A stretch of DNA of 64,000 nucleotides, taken from Epithemia pelagica. Its lineage: Eukaryota > Protista > Bacillariophyta. A model generated the notes under the pieces. That model was given only the letters and a program-made list of their open reading frames with translations. It had not been told where the DNA came from and did not search any database. Positions 9,606 through 21,100 of this stretch are shown here, one piece after another. The DNA lies in assembly GCA_946965045.2 (NCBI GenBank), contig OX337234.1:1-64000 (forward strand), given 5' to 3'. The first letter of the stretch is position 1. Each line of letters begins with the position of its first letter. The position numbers and the translations under genes are program-made.

Positions 9606-12117
9606 CTTTGACTTTGACCATTTGATAGCTAGCCAAGAAGTTGTAGGGCACAAGAAACATGTTGGTCGAAGTCTTCAGTCCTCGAATGGATTCCACCAAA
9701 CAACGCACCAAGATGTTCATGGTTTTGCCCGATCCACAAGGTTGAAGCATAACTTTATGTCTTCCCGGTGAATTGGTGCACATATCAATTGCTCTTTCTT
9801 GATTGCCTCGGAATGTTGCCTCTTCATTACCCAACAACAATCGTAATGCTTCTAACCGATGCTGACGGCTTGTTATTGTCAGCTGATGGCATACCGAGTC
9901 CACGATCATACATTTGGTACCGATGTAACGATGAAATCAGGCATAGTAGATCTCATGACTGTTGCTCACGCGTGTCTGGTAGTTGGACATTGCAGTCTGT
10001 TGGGAGTGCTTACTCAACTCACTCAATGCTGTTGAAGAGACCAATGCCTGACTGTTGCTGTCTGGAAAGAGCAAGTTCACAAGAGAAGTCCAGAACTGTC
10101 GAACAACCACCGAACCAGGACGACTATCCAAGCTGAAAATCTCTTGGGCAACATCCTCAAAGAAAAACCTCCGGTCATTACCATATTGTGGAAAAAATCT
10201 CCTTGCATTGGGCCCATTCCAAACTTTCAGCACCACAACTCTGTAGAGAAATAGACACCTTGCTATGATCCGAGGCATCTTGTGTTCAACGGGGGGTCGA
10301 TCATAAGCTTGCAGTTTGGGTTGTTTACGACTCGGTGCAGAAACATATAAATCTTGGTAGTTTGTATTTTTCCACCGAAGCTGAGTCACATCGAGACAAT
10401 GGAACTCTGAGAACCGATCTGCACCACAGCCAAAACCATGGATGGCAAATTCCATCAAGGCAGTTAGTCGTTCGAACTGACTTTTCACCAGTTCCTTGCA
10501 TTCCAAATCTTGTGTGTTGGTACCATCTGGCAGCGATCCCAAACCCTTGGACCACTCCACAATAGTCAAGTCACCATCTAAGCAGAGGAATTTCTCGTAT
10601 GCCTTTCCGACAAAGCATGCATCAAAAATACCATGGGCCTTTTCCACAACCGTAGGAACGACCTTAGACCAATGTGCTTTTTGGAATGCATGTCCATCAA
10701 CAATGATATTGAAGAACTCATCGACCACAACCTCCCTTTTAGGAGGCTTCTCTTGATATTGCTTCCTCAAAGAATAAATCTTAGGACAGAGAAAGTGTAT
10801 TGTAGGACAATGTCTGTACCGTTCCATGACCTGCTCGACCAACTTGCCCTGCCCATCGTAGTATTTTAAGCCAGCCGCAACCCCACAGCAAAGCAGATGT
10901 AAAAGGTCAGCTAGAAAGAGATGAAAGAAGACATGAGATTTGAGCAACCAAGTATATTCATTGACAGGGGGAAAGGGGGACTCACCGAGTTCTTGAGCGG
11001 CAACTCCACATGATTTCAACCTCAAGCCATTCTTCGTCTTAGTGAACAACCTCTGCCGAGAGAACAGTAACACTACCCCTGAGTCGGACCAACAAGAAAT
11101 CTCACTGTCGAGTACCAACTCTGTCAGGAGTGACCCAAGAACACAATTTTGGAATGCAGTGTCCACAGAGAATCCATCACCTTCAACCAGGTGGCAAAAA
11201 TAGTCCCATCTCTTCCACTTCCTCTGATGCAGGAAACACAAGAGAGAGAGGAGTAGAGGTTTCACTCGTTTGTCATAATCATGTCGATGGCTGAAATTCC
11301 ATGAGTGATCCACATCACCATCATGGAAAGCAAACTTAGCAATCCGACTCCAAATGTCTGCTGGAATCCCCATTACGATCGAAGCCATCCTGTCCAGAAG
11401 GTAACAACCAACCTGATAGAGTCGGTTGATTGCAGTGTTATTTCCTCTCTTATGATACTCGGCTTCAAACATAATTCCTTGTTCAATGTCTCCAAGGGCA
11501 TTCTCCAACGTGCCAGGAATCATATTACTCAGTACATCGGGCCACCTTCCCAAAATGTCGCTTGGATGCAATAATGGTTCAATCGAACTTGCAAACTTGT
11601 TGGGTAACCTGCTGCAGGGCAACGACATGGTGAATATTGAATTCTCAACTTGAATTATTGGGGTCCAGTTGGTTTCTTGCTGCATGGTTTCTCTTTGGGG
11701 CCTTGGCATGAAGCATCCACACTTCAGCTTGAGGAAAGTCTTGGCAATGACTTTGGCACTAGCGCAACAACCAGCAACGTGCTTCTCGCACAAAAGCTTC
11801 ACATGAAACATCTTGTCACAGTCACTACAGAAATACTTGATTCTTGTATCATTTGACTCATGAATGAAACAATCAAACTGTTGGTTGTTGGCATTCTCCA
11901 CAAGAGTGTGTATTTTGTTACCAAGATGTCTCCCAGGAAAGCGAAAGGACACCCCATGAATTTTGGAGCAGGTCTTGGCGTGGCGGGCAAGACACTTCAT
12001 GTTTGCTCGGAAACCACCACCACAGAGCTTACACACCAAGCCACAGGGTGTGGCAAAGTCCACAAGCCCCAAGTAATCGTCAAACTCCATTGTGGCTGTT
12101 GTCGTTCCTATGGTCAA
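9603..12117 (-). pseudogene. Diverged YR-like/helicase gene with a predicted 75-nt intron, an in-frame nonsense codon and a 3' truncation
   Basis: YR-like motifs GADRFSEF, VVRQFW, SKHSQQTAMSNY; helicase motifs QPCGSGKT and FLVPYNFL. ORFs 9937-12117 and 9571-9909 share a frame and are separated by a single TGA at 9937-9939. Predicted intron GTGAGT...TTTCTAG at 10911-10985. Confidence 0.8.
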
Positions 12118-12449
12118 AATAGGTTTGGGACGTATGACCCTTTGCAGCCAAAAAAGAGGCCCTAAAGAGGGTCATTCACCTCAAAAACTGAAAAGGCCCT
12201 AACACCAGAGATCATTCACCTCAAAATCTTTGAGCGACAAGAAGGAATATGGTTTACTATGGAGAGTTAATGTAGGTTTGCAAATCGACCTTCTTGTGGT
12301 CGAAATCGACCTTTTTGTGGTCGCACTAAAATTTCGCACGCAACAATACAGTGATTCAAAATTGACCTTTTTGTGGTCGCGCATGTGATTCTACAGAATG
12401 AACTTAGTGCGCACGACAAAAAGGTCGATTTCTAGCAAAACCCTTAGGG
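9603..12449 (-). mobile_element. Subfamily C element (unit 3), truncated within the helicase domain by unit 2
   Basis: Distinct terminus ...CTAGCAAAACCCTTAGGG, identical to the one at 15855-15872. The gene breaks off shortly after helicase motif Ia at the 9603 junction. Confidence 0.85.
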
Positions 12450-13607
12450 TTCGTTGACTTCATCTTTGCCGGTAGTGGTTGTCAGAGAAAGCAAATTTTC
12501 CATCTGTTCTTGAAAGGTTGCTCCATCTGGCTTGGAAGAGTAGTGTTCCTCCTGAGCCAATGGATGAAACAAAGGAACAAAACAATCAACCATCTCCTCA
12601 GATACCATATGGAAAGTTTGGGTGACCGCTCTCTTTGTTTTCAAGATTGGATCCTCTTGGGAATATTTCATACTGACAGCAGTCATAGATACCAGCCTCC
12701 CACAAGAAGTGACCTGTAATTGTTCCCTCTCAGGCCCAATGGCTCCACAGGAGTTAGGCGAGGAGAGATGACGCATAACATTGCTGAGTCTTGTCCAACC
12801 AACAAGACACCTGCAGGAATATCCAAGAACAGACCTCCCCGTGAAGAAGTTTTTTGCGGTATGAGGGTCTTCTTGCAAAATTTGCTCAAGGGACTGTTTT
12901 CTTGCAACAAGGAGTCGGTTGTCAGTTGCTGAGACACAGACTCCATGTTGATTTAGATGCCGCTGCATGGACCAAAGACTTTCTCCGAATGATTTCTTGC
13001 ATATGCCACATCCCATACCAAAGGGTGTCACAATTGTAGCATCTAAACATGACAAGCCAATGCCCTGATCGGAACGGATCTTCTTCACAGGCCGTCTCCG
13101 GGATGGAGATGGCGTTCCAGGCCCATTGTTGGTAGCCATTGCTGGTTTCCTCGTGTGCATGGAACAGAGGAAGAGACATAACCAGCCGACTCTCAAGCAA
13201 AAGCAAGGATGGGCCTCTTTGCAAGAGTCATAATTCATGAAACAACAATGACCTTTTGTTGGGCCAATTGAGGTTTTCGGTTTTCAGGTGAAGATGTTTG
13301 GCGCGAAGGGGCACGCAGGCGAGCTTTTCGCGCCAAAGAATGGGGGAACAACTAAGAGTGCGGTAATGGTTAGTAATCAATGAAATTTAGGACTCATATT
13401 GAATATGAGTGCTTAGAAATTAGACTTGAGCGGGGCATAGACATTCTGTGCTCATCTGCACAAGGGGCAGTGCTCTTTTGCAACAAAAGGCATATATATC
13501 AGTGCTCATATGCACAGATACTATAGCCCCTTGTGCTCATATGCACACGTTCAAATCCTACGGTGTCTAGTACTAAAGACACCCAAAAAAGGCAAATATC
13601 CTTAGGG
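12447..13607 (-). mobile_element. Subfamily A fragment (unit 4): 5' 1.16 kb only
   Basis: Near-identical to 3981-5165 apart from scattered substitutions and a small indel in the leader. ORF 12444-13238 is cut at ...NEP by the unit 3 junction. Confidence 0.9.
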
Positions 13608-14401
13608 TGATCGATTGCTGTTGTTGCTGCTGCTGTTGTTGTTGTTTGTTATGGTGTGTTGGGTGGAGGTGGAGGGAGATGAATGAGCATCGATTCTGGT
13701 GGTCGTTGATTGTTGAATGACTAGTATGCTAGGTTGTTCGGTTTTGTTCGATGGATCACAGTGTCGAGTTGGTAATCCCCGCGGTTTGGGTGATTGGGAA
13801 GGAGGATCCATCTGAGACATTCTTTGGGACATCCATGTGCGTCAGTCTTTCTGGCAGCTGCTGTGTGATGTGGTGGGAGTGGAAATTCGTGATTCAAAGG
13901 TGAGGGGACAGACGCTTGCGCATGAGGGTTGCGTCATGCGCGTCTCGGGGGGGTCGAGCGCGCCAGATAGTTGTAGTGCGCATTATCGGAGTGTGGCGCG
14001 CGTTATTCGTGGTTTGATCGCGGGCTTGTGCGCATTAAAATTGTTGCATGCGCGTGATAGTTAGCTCGATCTCTAGAACTAGCTAGAGAAATGTGCATTG
14101 TTAGACCTAGATTTGCAGATTTAGTTGGGAAAGCAGGATTATAGTCAAAAACTGCGCATATAAAAATAAACTGCGCATAAAAAATTTTAATTCGGCGAAT
14201 TTTTTCTAGAAATTTGCTTTTGGGGGTGGAAATCAAGCGCCAGGGCCCATTTCCCTCCTTAGATGATATAGGTCGATATAGCGCGAAGCTAGGGAACATA
14301 GCTCGAAGCTAGATGGCATGATGCGATAGCACGAGGCTATGTGACATGGGGAATCGATGAGATGTAGAATCTAACCACCATAGACGGTGAGAATTCTAAC
14401 A
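13605..14401 (-). mobile_element. 5' fragment of an unrelated element (family D) with a TGTTAG terminus, truncated by unit 4
   Basis: Minus strand starts TGTTAGAATTCTCACCG, followed by a CGCG-rich leader and a short ORF (13602-13832) cut at the CCC|TAA junction. About 50 bp of the terminus is homologous to 63801-63851. Confidence 0.55.
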
Positions 14402-15872
14402 GACTCACCGAGTTCTTGAGCGGCAACTCCACATGATTTCAACCTCAAGCCATTCTTCGTCTTAGTGAACAACCTCTGCCGAGAGAACAGTAACACTACC
14501 CCTGAGTCGGACCAACAAGAAATCTCACTGTTGAGTCCCGACTCTGTCAGGAGTGACCCAAGAACACAATTTTGGAATGCAGTGTCCACAGAGAATCCAT
14601 CACCTTCAACCTGGCGGCAAAAATAGTCCCATCTCTTCCACTGCCTCTGATGCAGGAAACACAAGAGAGAGAGGAGTAGAGGTTTCACTCGTTTGTCATA
14701 ATCATGTCGATGGCTGAAATTCCATGAGTGATCCACATCACCATCATGGAAAGCAAACTTAGCAATCCGACTCCAAATGTCTGCTGGAATCCCCATTACG
14801 ATCGAAGCCATCCTGTCCAGAAGGTAACAACCAACCTGATAGAGTCGGTTGATTGCAGTGTTATTTCCTCTCTTATGATACTCGGCTTCAAACATAATTC
14901 CTTGTTCAATGTCTCCAAGGGCATTCTCCAACGTGCCAGGAATCATATTACTCAGTACATCGGGCCACCTTCCCAAAATGTCGCTTGGATGCAATAATGG
15001 TTCAATCAAACTTGCAAACTCGTTGGGTAACCTGCTGCAGGGCAGCGGCATGGTGAATATTGAATTCTCAACTTGAATTATTGGGGTCCAGTTGGTTTCT
15101 TGCTGCATGGTTTCTCTTTGGGGCCTTGGCATGAAGCATCCACACTTCAGCTTGAGGAAAGTCTTGGCAATGACTTTGGCACTAGCGCAACAACCAGCAA
15201 CGTGCTTCTCGCACAAAAGCTTCACATGAAACATCTTGTCACAGTCACTACAGAAATACTTGATTCTTGTATCATTTGACTCATGAATGAAACAATCAAA
15301 CGGTTGGTTGTTGGCATTCTCCACAAGAGTGTGTATTTTGTTACCAAGATGTCTCCCAGGAAAGCGAAAGGACACCCCATGAATTTTGGAGCAGGTCTTG
15401 GCGTGGCGGGCAAGACACTTCATGTTTGCTCGGAAACCACCACCACAGAGCTTACAGACCAAGCCACAGGGTGTGGCAAAGTCCACAAGCCCCAAGAAAT
15501 CGTCAAACTCCATGGTGGCTGTTGTCGTTCCTATGGTCAAAATAGGTTTGGGACGTATGACCCTTTGCAGCCAAAAAAGAGGCCCTAAAGAGGGTCATTC
15601 ACCTCAAAAACTGAAAAGGTCCTAACACCAGAGATCATTCACCACAAAATCTTTGAGCGACAAGAAGGAATATGGTTTACTATGGAGAGTTAATGTAGGT
15701 TTGCAAATCGACCTTCTTGTGGTCGAAATAGACCTTTTTGTGGTCGCACTAAAATTTCGCACGCAACAATACAGTGATTCAAAATTGACCTTTTTGTGGT
15801 CGCGCATGTGATTCTACAGAATGAACTTAGTGCGCACGACAAAAAGGTCGATTTCTAGCAAAACCCTTAGGG
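14402..15872 (-). mobile_element. Subfamily C fragment (unit 5): 5' 1.47 kb
   Basis: Near-identical and colinear with 10979-12449, with the same CCCTTAGGG terminus joined to different flanking DNA. Interrupted at the start of the predicted intron by family D. Confidence 0.9.
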
Positions 15873-16342
15873 ATTGTACTCGTACTTCCAAGCAACGACC
15901 AACGACTGAGGAATGTGTTTGGTGTTTGGTCATAATTCATCTAACATAATTATACTCCTAATTTTCATGTCCTACTCCTTCTACTCCTCTCTAGCTAGTA
16001 GTAACTAGTAGAGGGAAGGGCGGAGGAGCTATGTCTACAATACTACAATAGCAGCAGTTATGGTTCATCGAAGGGGGTCCAAAAAGCCTGCCGACCCCAA
16101 AATCCAGGCTTACGCACAGAGACATGAGCTCGCGCGCTTAAGTATCCATAACACTTCCCCCCTAGTTGGTTTTAATAGAGTCCCACTCGGACACTCATTT
16201 TACTTCCGAATTCTTCTCCGGTTTTGCCATCTCGGTTGCACAAATAGTGATTGATCCAATGGCAACGGAGGTCCTCCACCGATTACAATGATACAACAAA
16301 CGACTCCAGATCTTCCATTGATGTACGTGTAGCCATCTCCTG

Positions 16343-18136
16343 TTGCCACTTCATATTACCATACTCCCATTCTGTCGAAAGAGCAACTTCTGTTTGAACA
16401 TGTCTTCTCTCATCCAGGAATTCATTCCCGACGTAGATGCTCCTCCCTTCTACTCTTCCATTTTTCATGACTCTTTCCAAATGGGTTCATTCGTACACTT
16501 GATCCAACCATCCCAAGATCCCAAGACCACGACGGTTGTTCGACTACTCAAATGGATTCCCCATGGAATCAAAGTACAAATTTTCTACCCTCTGTTCCCG
16601 AAGGAGAAACTTCGATGCCATCCCAATCCCCCGAAACACAACAAGATACCACTACCAACAGCTCAAGGACGCAACAATATCGAACTCTACATGTCGAACG
16701 AAGTGATGGAATTGATCAATCCTCGAGAAGATGGATTGCCGTTGCGCCTTCGGGAGATTTTTTATCCTGCTTTTGTCTTTTCTCTCACTGATCTTGACTC
16801 ACCAGCCAACCGATGGGCCTACGGAGTAGAAAATGTATTTGTGGTCCGATACAAGCAGCATTCTGAGCGAGGTTTGGTTCCTATCCCAGAGAATTGCTTA
16901 AGATTCATGGTTTCTCACGACACAACACGTTCACATCTTATTTGTCCTCCCCGTTCTTGTCATCTCAATATTTGGACAGGACTATTTCTCATTCGCAAAG
17001 CAATCTCGAAGATGCTGAATCGTCGTTCCGGTCAGGCAGAGGAGAAAGAAACCAACGCTCTGACTATTGGGCACATTCCTGTGGAGACTTACAACTACAT
17101 CAGTCTCCTATTGTCTCGTGCTCACCGTTCAAGATGTGTCCACAAGCCATTCAAGGCCTCCGAAACTTATCTTGATATCACGAATAGATTTACACGTCGC
17201 AAATCCAGAATCCAGTTCGAGTCAGGCGTCATTCGGTTTGCGACTAAAGCGGATCTTGACAAGCTTAGGACCATCATGGGATTTGGTTCTACGTATGGAT
17301 CTACGGAAATACGCCCGACCTTGTATCACGGGGATAAAGGTTTGTCTCTCAAGCGCGGCCATTCTCTGACGATTATTGCTGGAGGACCAGTCCCTGAAGA
17401 ACCCGTTCCATTCAAGAAGCGCACGAAGGAACAACGTATAGAATTGTCATTCTCTCAATTCAGTTGCCGTGTTACGGTATCCTTCCAACGATATCTTTAT
17501 GACACCTCTAGAGCTGGTGTCATCAAAGTCCCTCCCCCGACGACTCATTTGGAGTTGACCTTGAAAGGTCAGCTCCCGTTACTCAATCATGCTCCCCAGG
17601 TCAATGACAATGCTCCACAAGACAACGAAAACCTGCCGTCCCCCGTACCGAAGAGACGCGTTCCCGAATATATTCAAGTTGGCCTAATTACTCCGACAGG
17701 CAGTCCACGGGCTTCTCCCCAACCCAGCCTTAGGGACAGTCCTGAGCGCACTACAGAAGATGTTGTGCCCGAACACTCCTCTGCCATAGACCCCAGTGAC
17801 CTCTCTATTATCCAAGGAGAACAGTTTCATCTCGAAGACACTGTTTGGGAGGTTTTGGACATCTTTTCACCCAAAGATGTTTCACGGACTGTGTTGTTAG
17901 AGGTAAATACTGGCGACCTTTACACAACACGAAAACCCGAACCACCAGGCGGTTTTGATTTTCCCGATGATGAAATCCGAATGTTGGGGACGATCCCAGC
18001 CAGTGAAACATACCACATCGCTATTGGAGCATGTGCCGGCGAAGAATATGATGACAGGAAGCCACACTGTCAACAGAAGACAAAGATTCTCGAGTTGACA
18101 GACGAAGTACATGAAGCTATTCGTAACTATCGTTGA
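16343..18136 (+). CDS. Hypothetical protein convergent with the Transib/RAG1-like gene
   Basis: 597-aa ORF with a non-repetitive, protein-like composition. Its stop lies 56 bp from the stop of the opposite-strand transposase gene. No family recognised. Confidence 0.65.
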   Translation: MPLHITILPFCRKSNFCLNMSSLIQEFIPDVDAPPFYSSIFHDSFQMGSFVHLIQPSQDPKTTTVVRLLKWIPHGIKVQIFYPLFPKEKLRCHPNPPKHNKIPLPTAQGRNNIELYMSNEVMELINPREDGLPLRLREIFYPAFVFSLTDLDSPANRWAYGVENVFVVRYKQHSERGLVPIPENCLRFMVSHDTTRSHLICPPRSCHLNIWTGLFLIRKAISKMLNRRSGQAEEKETNALTIGHIPVETYNYISLLLSRAHRSRCVHKPFKASETYLDITNRFTRRKSRIQFESGVIRFATKADLDKLRTIMGFGSTYGSTEIRPTLYHGDKGLSLKRGHSLTIIAGGPVPEEPVPFKKRTKEQRIELSFSQFSCRVTVSFQRYLYDTSRAGVIKVPPPTTHLELTLKGQLPLLNHAPQVNDNAPQDNENLPSPVPKRRVPEYIQVGLITPTGSPRASPQPSLRDSPERTTEDVVPEHSSAIDPSDLSIIQGEQFHLEDTVWEVLDIFSPKDVSRTVLLEVNTGDLYTTRKPEPPGGFDFPDDEIRMLGTIPASETYHIAIGACAGEEYDDRKPHCQQKTKILELTDEVHEAIRNYR

Positions 18137-18192
18137 GTAATATATATCTTAGTACACCACTGTCACGTCTACAAATATGTGTCACCTTAGCT

Positions 18193-21100
18193 TCATATAG
18201 AACCATCTGAAGTCCAATCTGAAAAATCCTCCGGCAGTCCCTCACTAGTCATTGGCTTGATCCTTGTATCCAATGCCACCTCCCAATCGAATTCGAATTC
18301 AGGATTATTCTCGACATCATCCTCATCTCTCACTGCAAGTCCAACTGGCTGCCCAAACTCGATCGTCCCTCCATACTTCTGTACCCAACTAGGTCCAGTA
18401 GTTGCTTTTTCCTTATTGTTCGCAACAGACTCCTCGATTTCCTCCTCAGAGATCCCGAGTAAAAACACCATCCGACGTTGGATCCATCTTGCCATTGACT
18501 TCATTCGACTTTGATCGCCTTCTCCTTTGTTAGTTGCTCCACCACGCTGGGTCCTGGAGAAGTAATACGTCTTGAAAGCACTATTGAAGGCCTCCCACCC
18601 CTGTTGTGAGTGGGTGGAGAGGTTTCGCCAGTGCTGTAAGTACTCGCGGAGATGTCCGCTGCCGATTACATGAGCGTAGTTTGTTACGCCCTCGGCCCCG
18701 TAAAGTTCTACCCACAGTGCAAAGAACAGGTCAGCTTCCTTTTGGAAGTCCCAAATCTCTTGGTTGGAAAGGTCATGTTTTCGATTTACGATTTCAATGG
18801 CGGATCGGTAGTGACCAATACACTGTTTCCACTTCTCTCGACGTTCCTCATCCTCCACCATAGGATCAATTAGCTCGTTGATTTGTGAAATAATCTTTCT
18901 TACCTTAACATTGTCCATGGTGATAGTTCCCACCACGTTTTTTCGCCGATCGTATGGCATTTGCCATTGTTGTGACTGCATAGGGGTTCCAAGGACTTGA
19001 GTATTTACAATTTCCTCGACCTTCTCGATGAAAGCTTGGCACTTCCGATCGACAGAAGTGCGGTCGTCTTCATTGATCCAGTCGTGTTCGTCGTTCTTGG
19101 CATGGGTTAGACCACTCTTGAGACACATGGATAGGATCTTTATCCCCATGCGATTCTCTAGGTGTAACAGACATGGTACCGCGTCCATCATCATGACGAG
19201 AGCGCCCGCTACGTCCTTGTTTCCCTTTGGATCAAACTCTCGAACTCGGAGTGAAGCCATGCTATAAGTATATTCTGAGATATGTTGGACCTTCAAGCGA
19301 CTCTGCCTTTCTGACAAGGGTCCGTGCAACGACAACCCCCGTAACTGGAGATCGCTGTTGACATTCCGAGAGAATTCGATTCGATCTTGGACTTCGGCCT
19401 TCTGGAAATCGAAAGGAATGTTGTCTGATGAGCTGAGAGCAATGTCGTCTGGTGGGAGAGATGGATTGATGTCTGTCCTGATCTTTGATTTCTTCCTGAT
19501 GTCGTCAATTTCTTCTGCCACTTTGGGACTTTCTGCCTTGAATTTTTCAACTTCTTCCTTCATGAGTCCAATATGGGCTCCCGTGCACATATCAACGTGA
19601 CGGCATATCCAATTCTCGTCGTCGGTGTGCTTCAAATGAATGCAGATAGGACATTCTGATGCGAGACGAGTTTGTAAATGTAAGTCACTTGAAGCAATGG
19701 CGCATTTGCTACATGGATACTTACAAACCTTTGCTGCACCTCCACGTCCTGAAAGCTTCCAGTCACAGGACATATCGCAGTTCGTGGAGACTTTGGGGGG
19801 CTCGATCGCAAACCGTTGGGGAAGAACAATGGAAGCTGCCTCGTCAATCTCTTGGATCATACGAGCAAACAGTCCGCGAACAATTGACGTGCTTTCGCGA
19901 CCAATGACACAGACAATGGGGAATACTGAGTTCCTGGATTGCTTGTAGGGATTGGAGGAGTCATTGAATTTCAATCCGCCCAAAGTATGCGACAGATGCT
20001 TTGTCAACATGGCACCATCAATGCTTTGTGAGAGATTGACTGGACGAGAAGCAGCTTCACCATCCATCAATCCACCGGAATGTAGGATTACCCGCATCAC
20101 GTCAGCTGCGCGAAAGTAAAACCCTTCAGTCGAATCCCTCACATTCCTGATCATTCTAAAGGGACAAACAATCGAGCCGTAATGTTCCACCATAGCGGCA
20201 CAATTCTGCAGAGAGGATGTGCTGGGTATGATGGTACGCACATGCTTTTGTCCGTTACTCTCCACACGACGGAGTAGCTCGATTCCTTCAAAATTCAACA
20301 CTCCTCCGTGTCGATCCATTTCAGAAAGGATACGGAATGGTGTGAAAACTGTTTGACGAAGGTGCTTGCCGACCACTTCAAGCAAGACATCCTTCATTCG
20401 TCCCTGATGAATGTTGGAATTCAACAACATACCACACAAAGCTTTTAAGAAACGCGTTGCTCGGTCACTATTCTTTCCATGACGAAGAATGGCCTTGGAA
20501 ATGATGACACGAATGTTAGCAATGATCTGGTCCCCACGTTCCTTGTCCGAGGCCCGTGTTGGAACGGACTGAGACACCGCTTTGTCGGATTGTATCTCGA
20601 TGATACGAGCTTCAAGCTTGGTGATCTGTTTAGATTTCTTCTTGCTGCTCCTACGGACCTTGTTCAGATTGAGTTTGAGAGAGTGAATCTCACGGTCCTT
20701 GTTTTTCAAAGATAGCTCTATGTCCTTTTGCTTCGAGGACAGAGCGTCGTTTGCTTTTTGTACTTGTGCAAGTAACTGGCTGGTTGTCATTCCGGAATAG
20801 GATGTGGAGGAATTGGCCAGACTGCATGTGAGAACAGACATCCCTTCATTGCCATGGGGGGCAATAACTTCCTTGGCAACAGGTTCTTGTTCAGCTTCTG
20901 ATTCTTCAGAATCCGCAAAAATACCATTGGAGGATGACGAACCACTGGAGACGTCAGAATCATCTTCGGAATCAGGATCTGAATCAGATTCATCTTGTTT
21001 CGGAGGAGGTTTCTTGTCTTCTTCGGTTGTAACAACAGTAGATTGATTAACATGGGTTACATGAATCCCTTTCGACCTTTTAGAACGGCGATTCTTGCGG

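Noticed and set aside
12280-12431. CRISPR-like array
   Set aside because: There are only three or four short repeats, one of them inverted, with no regular unique spacers, no cas genes, and a eukaryotic context.
5160-13604. The incoming terminus supplies an in-frame TAA to three of four interrupted ORFs, as if designed to terminate them cleanly
   Set aside because: The sample is tiny and the 9603 junction is out of frame; chance explains it.
540-15872. Telomeric retrotransposon array (HeT-A/TART, MoTeR or TATE-like)
   Set aside because: No reverse transcriptase motifs or poly(A) tails were seen, one subfamily has a predicted intron, and truncation is at the 3' rather than the 5' end.
10979-15872. 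Units 3-5 as a simple tandem segmental duplication or misassembly
   Set aside because: The repeated copies carry scattered substitutions and have different neighbours on both sides. Long-read confirmation is still desirable.
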